The notes under the pieces: generated by a model
Database searches by the model: none
Seen by the model: the letters and a program-made list of their open reading frames with translations, nothing else
Told to the model about the DNA's origin: nothing
Source: an uncultured Nitrososphaerota archaeon
Lineage (GTDB): Archaea > Thermoproteota > Nitrososphaeria > Nitrososphaerales > CADDZS01
Direction of reading: 5' to 3'
Length of the DNA stretch: 64,000 nt
Assembly: GCA_963799845.1 (NCBI GenBank)
Contig: CAWCYI010000004.1
Span: 1,280,001 to 1,344,000, forward strand
Shown here: piece by piece, positions 1 through 8,755 of the stretch
Position numbering within the stretch: the first letter of the stretch is position 1
Layout: each line of letters opens with the position of its first letter
Translations under genes and position numbers: made by a program

Positions 1-146
1 TGTTCGGAAGCGGAAATTCCTGGATATCAAGGCTCCCAGGTTCATTCATTACCGCTGCTCTTACAGGCTCTGTCTGGGTCAAGAATCGTGTTCATTTTGT
101 CAGCAAATTATTTCCCGTAATACGCGTTTTCGTGCAGGGACGAATT

Positions 147-521
147 TTACGTTGTAGAACTTGGACCTGAAACCTCATAAGAAGTCGGTCCCTTTCCAAT
201 GCTAAATATCAGGACCAGAGCTTCTTCGCGGTTTGGATTTACGTCGCGATGCACGAGTTCAGGGGGAATCAGAAAGAAATCACCCCGAGATAGAATGGCA
301 CGCTCTTGACCATTTTGGCCGAACTCAATGTTCGCTTTCCCGGACATAATGTATCCGTACATGGTACGTTTTCCATGATGATGCCAACCACCGGTCGTTC
401 CTCCACTAATTCGAACCTCTCCGACATGATCAGAGTCTGACTCGAAGATCGGTCGCGAATCGAAACCCTCTTTGGTTTTACCTCGTTCCTGTTCGGGATG
501 TACGACTTGAATCTTATCCAT
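147..521 (-). CDS. Cupin-domain protein
   Basis: Cupin motifs GWHHHG..MYGYIMSG and GDFFLIPPELVHRDVN in a 124-aa ORF. Confidence 0.85.
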   Translation of the reverse strand: MDKIQVVHPEQERGKTKEGFDSRPIFESDSDHVGEVRISGGTTGGWHHHGKRTMYGYIMSGKANIEFGQNGQERAILSRGDFFLIPPELVHRDVNPNREEALVLIFSIGKGPTSYEVSGPSSTT

Positions 522-819
522 ATTCCCACAAATTCAAAATTATGCTTTCTAGTAAAGCATTTTGTCGTGACTTTGAGCGGTTCGATAGCATCTAGTCACT
601 TCTTATCGATAGATAGAGGAAGTAAGGGCTATTTTTGAAAAGGACGATTACTCAAAAGCGACTACTACCCGGACAAACACCTGAACACTTTCCGATAGAA
701 ATCAATTATATCGTTTCACAGCTGCCCTAGACTCGCAGACTTACTAGTAAGACCAAACCCAAAGGCATATTCAAAGCTACGATGAGGAAGGAATCAGGTA
801 AACTAGTAACCACTTGCAC

Positions 820-1145
820 TCACGATGAAGTCAAGTTAGTGTATGTGCAAACGCCCAAGTCGGTAAATGAAGTTGAGTGCCCCAGAGTCTCCGAAGTTGA
901 AACGTTCGTCTCAAAATTTGAGGTGTAGGTTCCTTGTGCAAAGAAAGTGAAGTTCCGAATTGTGGTCGTGGTCTCATTCGTATAGCATTCGATTTCGCCA
1001 CCGTAGATAACCTGCGTCCCGCAGATAACAATGGTGTACTCAGCGACTTTCGGCGTGCGATAGGAATCCCAAATACGACAACTGCAAACGCAATAATGAT
1101 GATTACAAGCATTAAAACAGCAGGAAGTGTCACTTCATCATCCAT
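820..1145 (-). pseudogene. Small membrane-anchored Ser/Thr-rich protein, apparently frameshifted near 1055-1070
   Basis: N-terminal hydrophobic helix (VLMLVIIIIAFAVVVFG); an alternative frame continues TPKVAEYTIVICGTQVIYGGEIECYTNETTTTIRNFTFF...TNLTSS-stop at 820. Confidence 0.45.
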
Positions 1146-1253
1146 CGGCTCAGGATTATCTGATATTTAGTTCTAAGGTTTGAAATCAGGTTTCGATTTG
1201 CGAAACACTCTCGAAATAAGTTCAAATTCGACATTGGGCTCTTTTGATCACTA

Positions 1254-1575
1254 ATGATAATCAGAGAGTCGACGATCTTCAGATTCCAATGGGCTCAGGG
1301 ATTGTTATGCTTCATACTACGACGAACGCGAAGACAATCCCTATTTTGGTCTCACCATCCGACCGAAGAAACCGACAATCGGCGAAGGCCAGGAATGGTT
1401 CTCGAAATTCTACCAAGGAATTCTGGAAGGCAATAATGTTGGCGTGGTTGCAGAAGAAGGCTCGCGCATTATAGGATTCTGCGGAATTCAAAGAATAGGC
1501 ACCAAGTCTGAAGTGTCGCACAGAGCAGATCTGGGAATTTCTGTCAGAAAGGAAATATATCTTCGTGCAGGGGCT
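1254..1575 (+). pseudogene. GNAT acetyltransferase fragment (frameshifted, C-terminally truncated)
   Basis: MIIREST, then after a shift near 1275 DSNGLRDCYASYYDERE...VVAEEGSRIIGFCGIQR...SHRADLGISVRKE (GNAT beta-strands); the acetyl-CoA-binding GxG motif is missing. Confidence 0.55.
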
Positions 1576-2007
1576 TTAACCGCCTGCATAGACGGGAATC
1601 AAATCGACTTCTGTCTTGTCTTGAAGTAGTGGATTATCCTGTGTGGGGACACCATTCACTACTATTTGCATCACTGGAAGCATCGCAGCAAGTACCACAT
1701 GTTCCTGTTTTACTTGACCCAGAACATCATCAAGATACACGGGAGAAGGTAGCGTAAAATACTCTTCCTTAGTCCGGGTCATTTGAGTAGACATTCCAAA
1801 ATAAACTATCTTTATTGTGATAGATCCAGACTGAACTGCTTGCTTGCTATTATCATTGCTATTGTCTTCATTTTCTTGTGACCCTTCTTGTCCTTGCGAA
1901 AAGCCGAGAAGCGCGGAACTCCCCAGAGCTACTAGACAAATGCCACCCGAAATTAAGATAAGTCTTTTTAGGGCACTTCTTCGACTCGGGCGGGTTTCTG
2001 ATGACAT
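1576..2007 (-). CDS. MoaD/ThiS/SAMP ubiquitin-like protein with N-terminal twin-arginine-like signal or anchor
   Basis: Beta-grasp pattern ITIKIVYFG...IVVNG...EVDLIPVYAGG with C-terminal diglycine; N-terminal SRRSALK plus hydrophobic stretch; ATG at 2007 preferred over TTG at 2070. Confidence 0.8.
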   Translation of the reverse strand: MSSETRPSRRSALKRLILISGGICLVALGSSALLGFSQGQEGSQENEDNSNDNSKQAVQSGSITIKIVYFGMSTQMTRTKEEYFTLPSPVYLDDVLGQVKQEHVVLAAMLPVMQIVVNGVPTQDNPLLQDKTEVDLIPVYAGG

Positions 2008-2082
2008 TGAAATCCACATTATCTGATTAGTTTTATGACGAATTGTCTGAAGGAAACTAGGAGAAAGCAAACTCCTCCGTAT

Positions 2083-3468
2083 TTAGCCGGATTCCACAAT
2101 CACAGTTCCTTTCATCCAAGGATGGATGCTGCAATGATAGGCGTAAGTTCCCGGCGTCGTAAACGTATAGCTCCAAGTCTGTCCTTGGTTTAGAAATCCT
2201 GAATCAAACGAACCGTCGTCTGCAGTTACAGTGTGAGTTGCATCATCATTGTTTGTCCAGGTGACAGTGTTGTTTACACCGATCACTACTGTTATCGTCG
2301 TAGGTGAGTAGTACGTGGTTGTGGAATTCACTGCCGATCCCGACTGAATACTAACGGGGACTCCTGGAGCGCCAGATGTTGTCGTCAAGCCAGCAGAAGT
2401 GGAACTTGAGTTCTCAACTTTGAACACCCCAACTGCTCCCGCCTGCGCGTAAGCAAAAGCATGATTCACAAAAGGATTCAACCCGCCTGCATCTGGGAAG
2501 TACATATCAACTATGGCACCCCCGGCTGGAGGTATACTTAGAGTCTGTAATCCATGTTCTACGTTGAACGGATTCCCATCGATATAGACAGTATCCATTA
2601 TTCCACCTATGACGTGAAATGCCTCCCACAGATTGGGGCCCTCGTTGAAGACGTAAAGCCGAACCAACTCGTTTGGATTCACGACTAGCGGATTTGATTG
2701 ATACTGGAAGGCTCTCCCGTTAAAAACTACGTAATCGGGCGTCGCGGCTAGCATCTTCGTATAATTGCCGGTGTAACTACCGTCAGTGCTAGGCTGGGCG
2801 TTCAAATAAAATTCGCTTTCTATCAGCACGTAGGTTCCGCCGGGTGCAGGTGGTAAAGCCCAGCTTCCGGTTCCGTTGACGATTATGACTCCATACATCC
2901 CGTTGGCGATATGCTCCAAGACAGGTGGAACACCGCAGTGATACATGAATATCCCTGGATAGGCAGGGGTGAAGTTGAACGAGAGTGACTTGCCCGGCAA
3001 GACGGGCGCATAGACGGCAGCCCAGTTAACCTGAGCCGCGTGGAAATCTATCGAGTGAGCCATCGTGTCGTTGTTGATTAATGTGAATTCAACGTTCTCA
3101 CAGAGTGTTACCCAGATCGTGGGTCCCGGGATGGTTCCGTTGAAGCTCCAACCGTCGTATGTAACATTGTTCGCAATCTCAACTTTCGCTCTTTCGGCGA
3201 TGAGCGTAATCTTTGTGCTTCCGGCTTGAGAGTTGCAGACTGGTGTCGGGTAACCTTCCGACTGGACACCGCCCGCTTGATGTGTCGTTGTTACTGTTGT
3301 AGTAGATGCCACAGGGCTAGAACTTGAAGTGGTTGATTGGTTCTGTGCGGTCTGCATGTTGGAGTAAATTCCTATGACTCCAGCCCCTAGAATAAAGGCG
3401 ATCGTAACCATAGAGATCGCAACAACGTTTGCAACTGCAATCCTTCTCTTACTTTGGATATCGTTCAT
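2083..3468 (-). CDS. nirK: Copper-containing nitrite reductase (NirK-type) with N-terminal membrane anchor and C-terminal cupredoxin domain
   Basis: HSIDFH, YHCGVPPVLEHIANGMYG, FHVIG and FVNHAF motifs (type 1/type 2 Cu ligands plus catalytic Asp/His); extra plastocyanin-like domain HTVT...YHCSIHPWMKG. Confidence 0.8.
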   Translation of the reverse strand: MNDIQSKRRIAVANVVAISMVTIAFILGAGVIGIYSNMQTAQNQSTTSSSSPVASTTTVTTTHQAGGVQSEGYPTPVCNSQAGSTKITLIAERAKVEIANNVTYDGWSFNGTIPGPTIWVTLCENVEFTLINNDTMAHSIDFHAAQVNWAAVYAPVLPGKSLSFNFTPAYPGIFMYHCGVPPVLEHIANGMYGVIIVNGTGSWALPPAPGGTYVLIESEFYLNAQPSTDGSYTGNYTKMLAATPDYVVFNGRAFQYQSNPLVVNPNELVRLYVFNEGPNLWEAFHVIGGIMDTVYIDGNPFNVEHGLQTLSIPPAGGAIVDMYFPDAGGLNPFVNHAFAYAQAGAVGVFKVENSSSTSAGLTTTSGAPGVPVSIQSGSAVNSTTTYYSPTTITVVIGVNNTVTWTNNDDATHTVTADDGSFDSGFLNQGQTWSYTFTTPGTYAYHCSIHPWMKGTVIVESG

Positions 3469-3485
3469 GTCACTGTCGGCAGGAG

Positions 3486-3620
3486 TTGATAGTCATCAAA
3501 AGTTGTTTATCGATCATCCCTAAGACTTTAGGGATGAATCATACGTGACTCGGTTGATGATAATCAGTTGGGCGATAATTGATTTAGGGCATGCACATCA
3601 GTCTCCCAAACATCTTCGGG
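3486..3620. promoter_or_regulatory. Divergent promoter region with two classes of palindromic operator
   Basis: TTGAT-agtc-ATCAA (3486-3499) and TTGAT-gata-ATCAG (3554-3567); TCATCCCTAA-gact-TTAGGGATGA (3514-3537) and TCCCAAA-catc-TTCGGGA (3604-3621). Confidence 0.6.
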
Positions 3621-3680
3621 AAGATCGTTAAATCGAATGTGATTTGGAGTTCTTCGTCAATGTGAGAGATGTAAAGCAAA

Positions 3681-4177
3681 ATGTTGACTACACCACCATC
3701 GCTGACAGAAGAGCACGAAGAAATCATGGGTTCGCTAGATGAGTTCTCAAGACTTCGAGACGAGACCGGAAAGTCAGTAAAGGAACTTGTAGATGTATTA
3801 GAGCCGCACTTTGGGAAGGAAGAGAGACTAGCGATGCCCGTGCTCGGAACGCTGTCGGAGCTAGTCTCAGAAGATCAAACTTCTACAAATCTTAGAGCAA
3901 TAGCCGAATCGCAGGCTGCTCTTCGGGAGGAGTACGACAACATGTTTGTGGAGCATGCAGAGCTTAGAACATTCATTCAGAATGCTGGAAGATTCGCGAA
4001 GCAGGAAGATTCGCGAAGCAGGAAAATCATGAAGATGTGGTTGACCTGCTGGATGCACTTTCCCATCATGCCAGAGTCGAGGAAGAAGTCCTATACCCCG
4101 CGGTGATGCTCGCGGGGACCGTCGCAAAATTCCTACTGCATTCTGAAGAAGATAGACAAATTCATGAAGTGACGTAA
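3681..4177 (+). pseudogene. Hemerythrin/HHE-domain protein disrupted by a 17-bp tandem duplication
   Basis: EEHEEI and PHFGKEERLAMP motifs; removing one GGAAGATTCGCGAAGCA copy restores HHARVEEEVLYP and a 159-aa ORF ending at 4177. Confidence 0.8.
3987..4024 (+). repeat. 17-bp tandem duplication (GGAAGATTCGCGAAGCA x2 + GGAA)
   Basis: Read directly: 3987-4003 is identical to 4004-4020. Confidence 0.95.
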
Positions 4178-4218
4178 AATTACTTTTGAGCACATTTTCT
4201 CCCTTCAAAAGATGTATT

Positions 4219-4881
4219 ATGCCCCACTTCCCTAACAGACTTGTGCTTGAAGTCAAGCTCCTAGTTGAGGCGCCCAAGGATTGGATCAAAGAAGTCAATC
4301 GAGGTCATTCCGCATTTGTCAAGATTACTGACATCAGGAGCTCGGGCACGTCTCGAGCCGTACAGAACTTTGTCGAGATTTCTTCCCCAAAGATCGGAGC
4401 TGACGAGCTGATTAAGGCGATCAGCGCCTCAAAGGACATCAAGGATGTGGACTTGGTTCGCCTAGATCCACACCGCATTGTCGGGATGATAACTACTCAG
4501 GACTGTCCAGTCTGCTCGACTCTTTCGGGCTTGAATTGTTCGATGCTTTCTGCCTCAACTAGGGACGATGGAAAGATGGAATGGAAAGTATTGATCAGCG
4601 GAGAAGACACTCTGAAGAAGATAACAGTGAGACTGGAAGCTAATCGGGTGTCTTACAAGATTCTTGGACTCACGCACCTTACAGCAAAGAACGATCTAAC
4701 CGCAAGGCAGGAGTACATAATCAAGATTGCTTTTGAACTCGGATACTTCGAGTTTCCGAAAAAGATAAAGCTTGAGGAACTCTCAACTAGGCTAGGAATT
4801 TCGCCCGGAACACTTTCCGAAATACTGAGAAGAGCTGAAAAGAACATCCTTTCCAAGTACTTCCGAGGCCATCACGAGTAG
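4219..4881 (+). CDS. Bacterio-opsin activator-type (HTH_10) transcriptional regulator
   Basis: C-terminal LTARQEYIIKIAFELGYFEFPKKIKLEELSTRLGISPGTLSEILRRAE; CPVC in N-terminal domain; start uncertain (4186 TTG, 4219 ATG). Confidence 0.88.
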   Translation: MPHFPNRLVLEVKLLVEAPKDWIKEVNRGHSAFVKITDIRSSGTSRAVQNFVEISSPKIGADELIKAISASKDIKDVDLVRLDPHRIVGMITTQDCPVCSTLSGLNCSMLSASTRDDGKMEWKVLISGEDTLKKITVRLEANRVSYKILGLTHLTAKNDLTARQEYIIKIAFELGYFEFPKKIKLEELSTRLGISPGTLSEILRRAEKNILSKYFRGHHE

Positions 4882-5113
4882 ACGAGAGGGAGACGGCCAG
4901 TTATCTTTGAACAGTCAATTGGCATATGAGTCCTTGAGATAGAATTTACTGAACTTTTATGAAGCCAAGGTATTTTGGCCGAAACTGCCCTCAAACCCAG
5001 ACAGATTTTTCCTTTTGAGAATGCAACAGATTAGACTCCTGGAACGTTATGATTTGCACTTACACGGGTTAACGTCCAGAAGACCGATTACGCAGGACCG
5101 GAATGGCACTCTA

Positions 5114-5917
5114 CTAACTAAACGACAGCAGAAATTCACAGTACGGGTCGCCCATCGAAGCGCACTTCACTTCTGTACATTTCATTTCGGTGGCGAATAA
5201 GTGGGTCGATAGCCCGGCAAGATGCCCTCTGACGAACTGGCTGTACGGTTTGCTTTTCTTTTCCTGTCCCATGCACTCAAAGTTCTCGTCGATTCGTATC
5301 CTCGCGGAAAGCTTCTCGAACTCGACTTCGGCGATTCTTGCTTTGCCCCAGCCGAGGGATGAGTACAGATTAACGAGGTCCTCGATACGGTTCAATACGC
5401 TTCCTTCGCCGAATATCCGGATCAACTCTTCAGCGTCGTTTTGACCCGCGGAAAATCCCTGCTTGTATAGCATGACGTCGCCTCCCGTATTGAATATCTG
5501 GCGTATTTCGTTCATGCTACTTGCGATTACTTCGCTGCGCATTACAATCGCCCTCTGTCCCTGGCTCAGCTTGAGTGGAAAATTCAGCGAGTCGACGATG
5601 AGCCCGTCATTTGATTCTCGAACCGTTATCTCAGATGCGTAAGCGGAATCCTGGATCAGTCCTTTGATCTGCTGGGCGGTCATTTCACGGTTCTGAGCTT
5701 CTACGAATAAGCCGACAGATCTGTCTACCTTGTCTTTTTCTTTGGGGTCTTCTATCCCAGAAATAAATCCGCCCAAAATATTGACCTTATATTTGGCTAG
5801 CGAAACGGTAATGTCCGCAAGGGCTCCTGGAACGTCCCTTAGTTGAAGCACGATATGGAAAAGTCTAGCACGTGGTTTATAGACGTAGCTGATAATCTCT
5901 TTCGGCACGGTTTTCAA
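5114..5917 (-). CDS. ACT domain + V4R domain protein
   Basis: LRDVPGALADIT...VNILG (ACT); GWG, NFEC, RGHLAG and EVKCASMGDPYCEF (V4R). Confidence 0.85.
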   Translation of the reverse strand: MKTVPKEIISYVYKPRARLFHIVLQLRDVPGALADITVSLAKYKVNILGGFISGIEDPKEKDKVDRSVGLFVEAQNREMTAQQIKGLIQDSAYASEITVRESNDGLIVDSLNFPLKLSQGQRAIVMRSEVIASSMNEIRQIFNTGGDVMLYKQGFSAGQNDAEELIRIFGEGSVLNRIEDLVNLYSSLGWGKARIAEVEFEKLSARIRIDENFECMGQEKKSKPYSQFVRGHLAGLSTHLFATEMKCTEVKCASMGDPYCEFLLSFS

Positions 5918-6013
5918 AAGTTATTCTCGTCGGTTTTCCCAATCTATATCTGGGCCTTCCGGAGTGCTATATCTCTGCCTGCAGAGGACGAATAACTCCA
6001 GTACGAATTCCGG

Positions 6014-6331
6014 CTAGATCTCGCTTTTCTTCGCTGCGTCTATCGCTTGCGCCAAGTTACTGGCATACGGTTGGGAGATCTTGAATGAGCTCGTAATATT
6101 TTCAAGTGTGTGCATTATCACGAAGGCTGATCCAGAGGGCCCGAGTGTCTCCTTCAAGACTTCTTCGAGCCTTGAGGCGTTGCTGACAATATTTTTCTCT
6201 GTTATATCATATTCATTATCAAGGGTGAACAGCACGTCCTCCTTTTCATCCTGCCCGAGCACCAAAAGAGCTTGATCAATGCAGTCAAATATTTTCGAAT
6301 CAAAGTTCTCCTTGACCTTGGTGGAAAGCAA
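6014..6331 (-). CDS. Hypothetical small helical protein
   Basis: 105-aa ORF; pattern IDQALLVLG...LEEVLKETLG resembles the N-terminus of 6660-7178. Confidence 0.6.
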   Translation of the reverse strand: MLSTKVKENFDSKIFDCIDQALLVLGQDEKEDVLFTLDNEYDITEKNIVSNASRLEEVLKETLGPSGSAFVIMHTLENITSSFKISQPYASNLAQAIDAAKKSEI

Positions 6332-6659
6332 TTTCGTGACGGCCGTTACTTAGATCAATGGAATGACATTAAATTTCTGACCGTTTTGGCAATGTTCAGT
6401 CATCAAAAAATTGGAAATTGTTGATTTGGATAAAGTATGTAGGAAATACAAAATTATTGGTTGAAGAACTGATGGCGGAATGCTGGGCTGCAGCGCCTTA
6501 CTAACCAGCTCTATAAATTTGGCACTGAAAACGCTGCATTGATCGAGGAATGCCGGTACAGTGCACAAAGAGTATATTTCGAAATTCGACTAGCTGTTCG
6601 TATTCTAACTCCGTCACATTCAATATTCGCTATATCGCATCCCATGAGTCGGTGGAAAC

Positions 6660-7178
6660 TTGTCTCAAGGCCTTACGGATAAAATGGGAGATATCGGAAA
6701 TGGAATACTCGATGGAATAAGCAAGGGGCTCGACGCCATTGGTTCAAACGTTGAACAGGTGTTCTATTCTGAAATGATGCTCTCCCACAATCTCACCAAA
6801 AACGAGATTCTCGAACGGCCCGAGGAGTTTACAGAGGCAATGTCCAAGTTTTTCAGGGCCGGCACTATGCTGGTCGACAGAGCCATCGGCCGGGAAATAG
6901 TGAAGAATTTTGGAATCCCGGTATGTCCCGGTATAAATTTCAAAACCGCTATGGAGATCGTAATGAAACTTCCCGGGACGAAGAAAAAACCGGAGGGAAC
7001 TCAGGGATACGACCCCAACCTTTGCAAGACCTGTCAAAAGCTTGGAAGACCAGACCCGACGGTCGCGAGGGCGCCTTTCAGCGACTGCCAAGAGCACTTT
7101 ACGAAAAGGGTGATGGAATTGAAAAAGACTGTCACGACGGTGGGAAACCTTCACGTGAATCCCCTGTTCAATCTTTGA
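6660..7178 (+). CDS. Hypothetical protein with C-terminal CxxC...CxxH motif
   Basis: 172-aa ORF; ISKGLDAIG...ILERPEEFTEAMSKFF domain plus CKTC...CQEH. Confidence 0.6.
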   Translation: MSQGLTDKMGDIGNGILDGISKGLDAIGSNVEQVFYSEMMLSHNLTKNEILERPEEFTEAMSKFFRAGTMLVDRAIGREIVKNFGIPVCPGINFKTAMEIVMKLPGTKKKPEGTQGYDPNLCKTCQKLGRPDPTVARAPFSDCQEHFTKRVMELKKTVTTVGNLHVNPLFNL

Positions 7179-7276
7179 CCGCCTCGAAAATTTGGCCGAC
7201 GACTGCTTCATTCTTTCGATGGTACACTAGGAAATTCGAAGTTATGCATCATCTTGATCAGCCATTTGACTGACTC

Positions 7277-7308
7277 CTAAGGCTTGCTGCAAGGCTGTCC
7301 CTTCGCCT
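7277..7308 (+). repeat. Left subterminal inverted repeat of the IS110 element
   Basis: CTAAGGCTT (7277-7285) and GGCTGTCCCTTCGCCT (7293-7308) are reverse complements of 8747-8755 and 8729-8744. Confidence 0.9.
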
Positions 7309-7369
7309 CGCGACTCCAGTCAGTGTTGGAGTCGCTACTTGTTCGTTCGCAAAATGAGGTGTAGGAGAA

Positions 7370-8494
7370 ATGATGAGAAATAAGAGTAAGAAGATTATTC
7401 GAAGAAGTATGAGTAGCAATTGCGTAATCGCAGGAATTGACCTGGGCGATAGTAGCAGCCTTGCAACCGTTCTCTCTCCAGTCGGAGAGATCGCAGACAG
7501 GTTCTCCTTCCAGATGGATGAAGCGGGGTACGCCCTGTTCTCAGACAGAATTCCAAGGGATGCGAGGTTAGCTTTTGAAGCTACCAGCTCGGCATATCCG
7601 TTCTCAAGAATGCTCAAGGAACTAGGATACCACGACATAACTGTAGCTCATCCTACTGAACTTGCCTGGATCGTCAGATCAAAGAAAAAGAATGATAGAG
7701 CTGATAGCTTAAAGATAGCCAAGCTCCATCTAGCGGGTCTGTTGCCCGAATCTCATCTTTTGGCTCAAGAGGAGCAGATAGAAAGAGACCTCTTGATTCA
7801 GAGGGTAAAGCTCGGATCAGAGATAGGTAAAATCAAGAGCAGAATCATAAGCTATCTCAAGAGGGAAGGAGTGTTCGAATCTCTCCCGAAGAGCAAAGAT
7901 AACTTCTCTGCTAGAAGGAGGGTTGCAATCGCCTCAATGAAATTCAACGATGACAGAGACCTCGTGCTGAAAACCATGGTTGAGAGACTCGAATTCATGG
8001 AGAAGCAGTGCGAGCCGTTGGAGCAGAGGATAATGAAGAACGCGAAGGACAACAAATACGTCAGGATGATAATGTCTATTCCTGGCATAGATTACTACCT
8101 CGCTTCGCTATATTCTTCGTACATCGGAGATCCACACCGCTTTCCGTCTTTTGATCACGTCGCAAGCTTCCTCGGGATAATTCCAGAGAGCAAGGATAGT
8201 GCAAACGTCAGGAGGAGAGGAAGAATGTCCAAGGACGGACCTTCCATTGCGAGATGGGCTCTGGGCATAATGACCGACACGGTGCTGCTCTACAATCCGA
8301 ATATCAAGGTATACTACAACGGCGTCAAGCAGAGGACGGGTCGCGGGAGCTACGCCCATGTGCTAGTGATGAAGAAGTTAGCTCGCATGATCCATCACAT
8401 GATGATTACGGAGGAGAACTACAAGTGGGAGAACGAGGCGCTAACAGAAGCAAAGATCTCAAGACTCGATGCCGCTGGAGGTGAATCAGCCTAG
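7370..8494 (+). CDS. IS110-family transposase/recombinase
   Basis: IAGIDLG, LAFEAT, KKKNDRADS (RuvC-like DEDD); IPGID, FLGIIPESKDSA, MSKDGPSIARWAL (C-terminal Tnp20 domain with Ser). Confidence 0.95.
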   Translation: MMRNKSKKIIRRSMSSNCVIAGIDLGDSSSLATVLSPVGEIADRFSFQMDEAGYALFSDRIPRDARLAFEATSSAYPFSRMLKELGYHDITVAHPTELAWIVRSKKKNDRADSLKIAKLHLAGLLPESHLLAQEEQIERDLLIQRVKLGSEIGKIKSRIISYLKREGVFESLPKSKDNFSARRRVAIASMKFNDDRDLVLKTMVERLEFMEKQCEPLEQRIMKNAKDNKYVRMIMSIPGIDYYLASLYSSYIGDPHRFPSFDHVASFLGIIPESKDSANVRRRGRMSKDGPSIARWALGIMTDTVLLYNPNIKVYYNGVKQRTGRGSYAHVLVMKKLARMIHHMMITEENYKWENEALTEAKISRLDAAGGESA

Positions 8495-8728
8495 CGGAAC
8501 AATTGGGATGGAGTTGCAGGCCGAACCATTTGGAGATAATTGAGCCATAGAGCTTTTCCATTTGAGTGTGGCGCCCCGCCTCCGTTAAATCGTCAGAATA
8601 CGCCTAGCTTTGTACTAGAGCGTTTATCGAGTGTATGCGGAAAAGGTGAGGGCAGGTCTGTTCAGCTAGCCCTAGTCCAAACGCTAGCTTGATAAGCGGG
8701 ATGAACGATCTCAGAGATAGAGCAGGTT
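8495..8728 (+). ncRNA. Candidate bridge/seek RNA in the downstream non-coding end of the IS110 element
   Basis: Long non-coding end; short matches to target (CCATTTG, AGATAA) and donor (GAGTG, AGTC); nested stems AGCGTTT/AAACGCT and AGGGC/GCCCT. Confidence 0.5.
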
Positions 8729-8755
8729 AGGCGAAGGGACAGCCCTAAGCCTTAG
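8729..8755 (-). repeat. Right subterminal inverted repeat of the IS110 element
   Basis: AGGCGAAGGGACAGCC (8729-8744) and AAGCCTTAG (8747-8755). Confidence 0.9.

Noticed and set aside
2083-3468. Ammonia oxidation inferred from nirK and thaumarchaeal-like genes
   Set aside because: No amo genes here, and the surrounding content is heterotrophic
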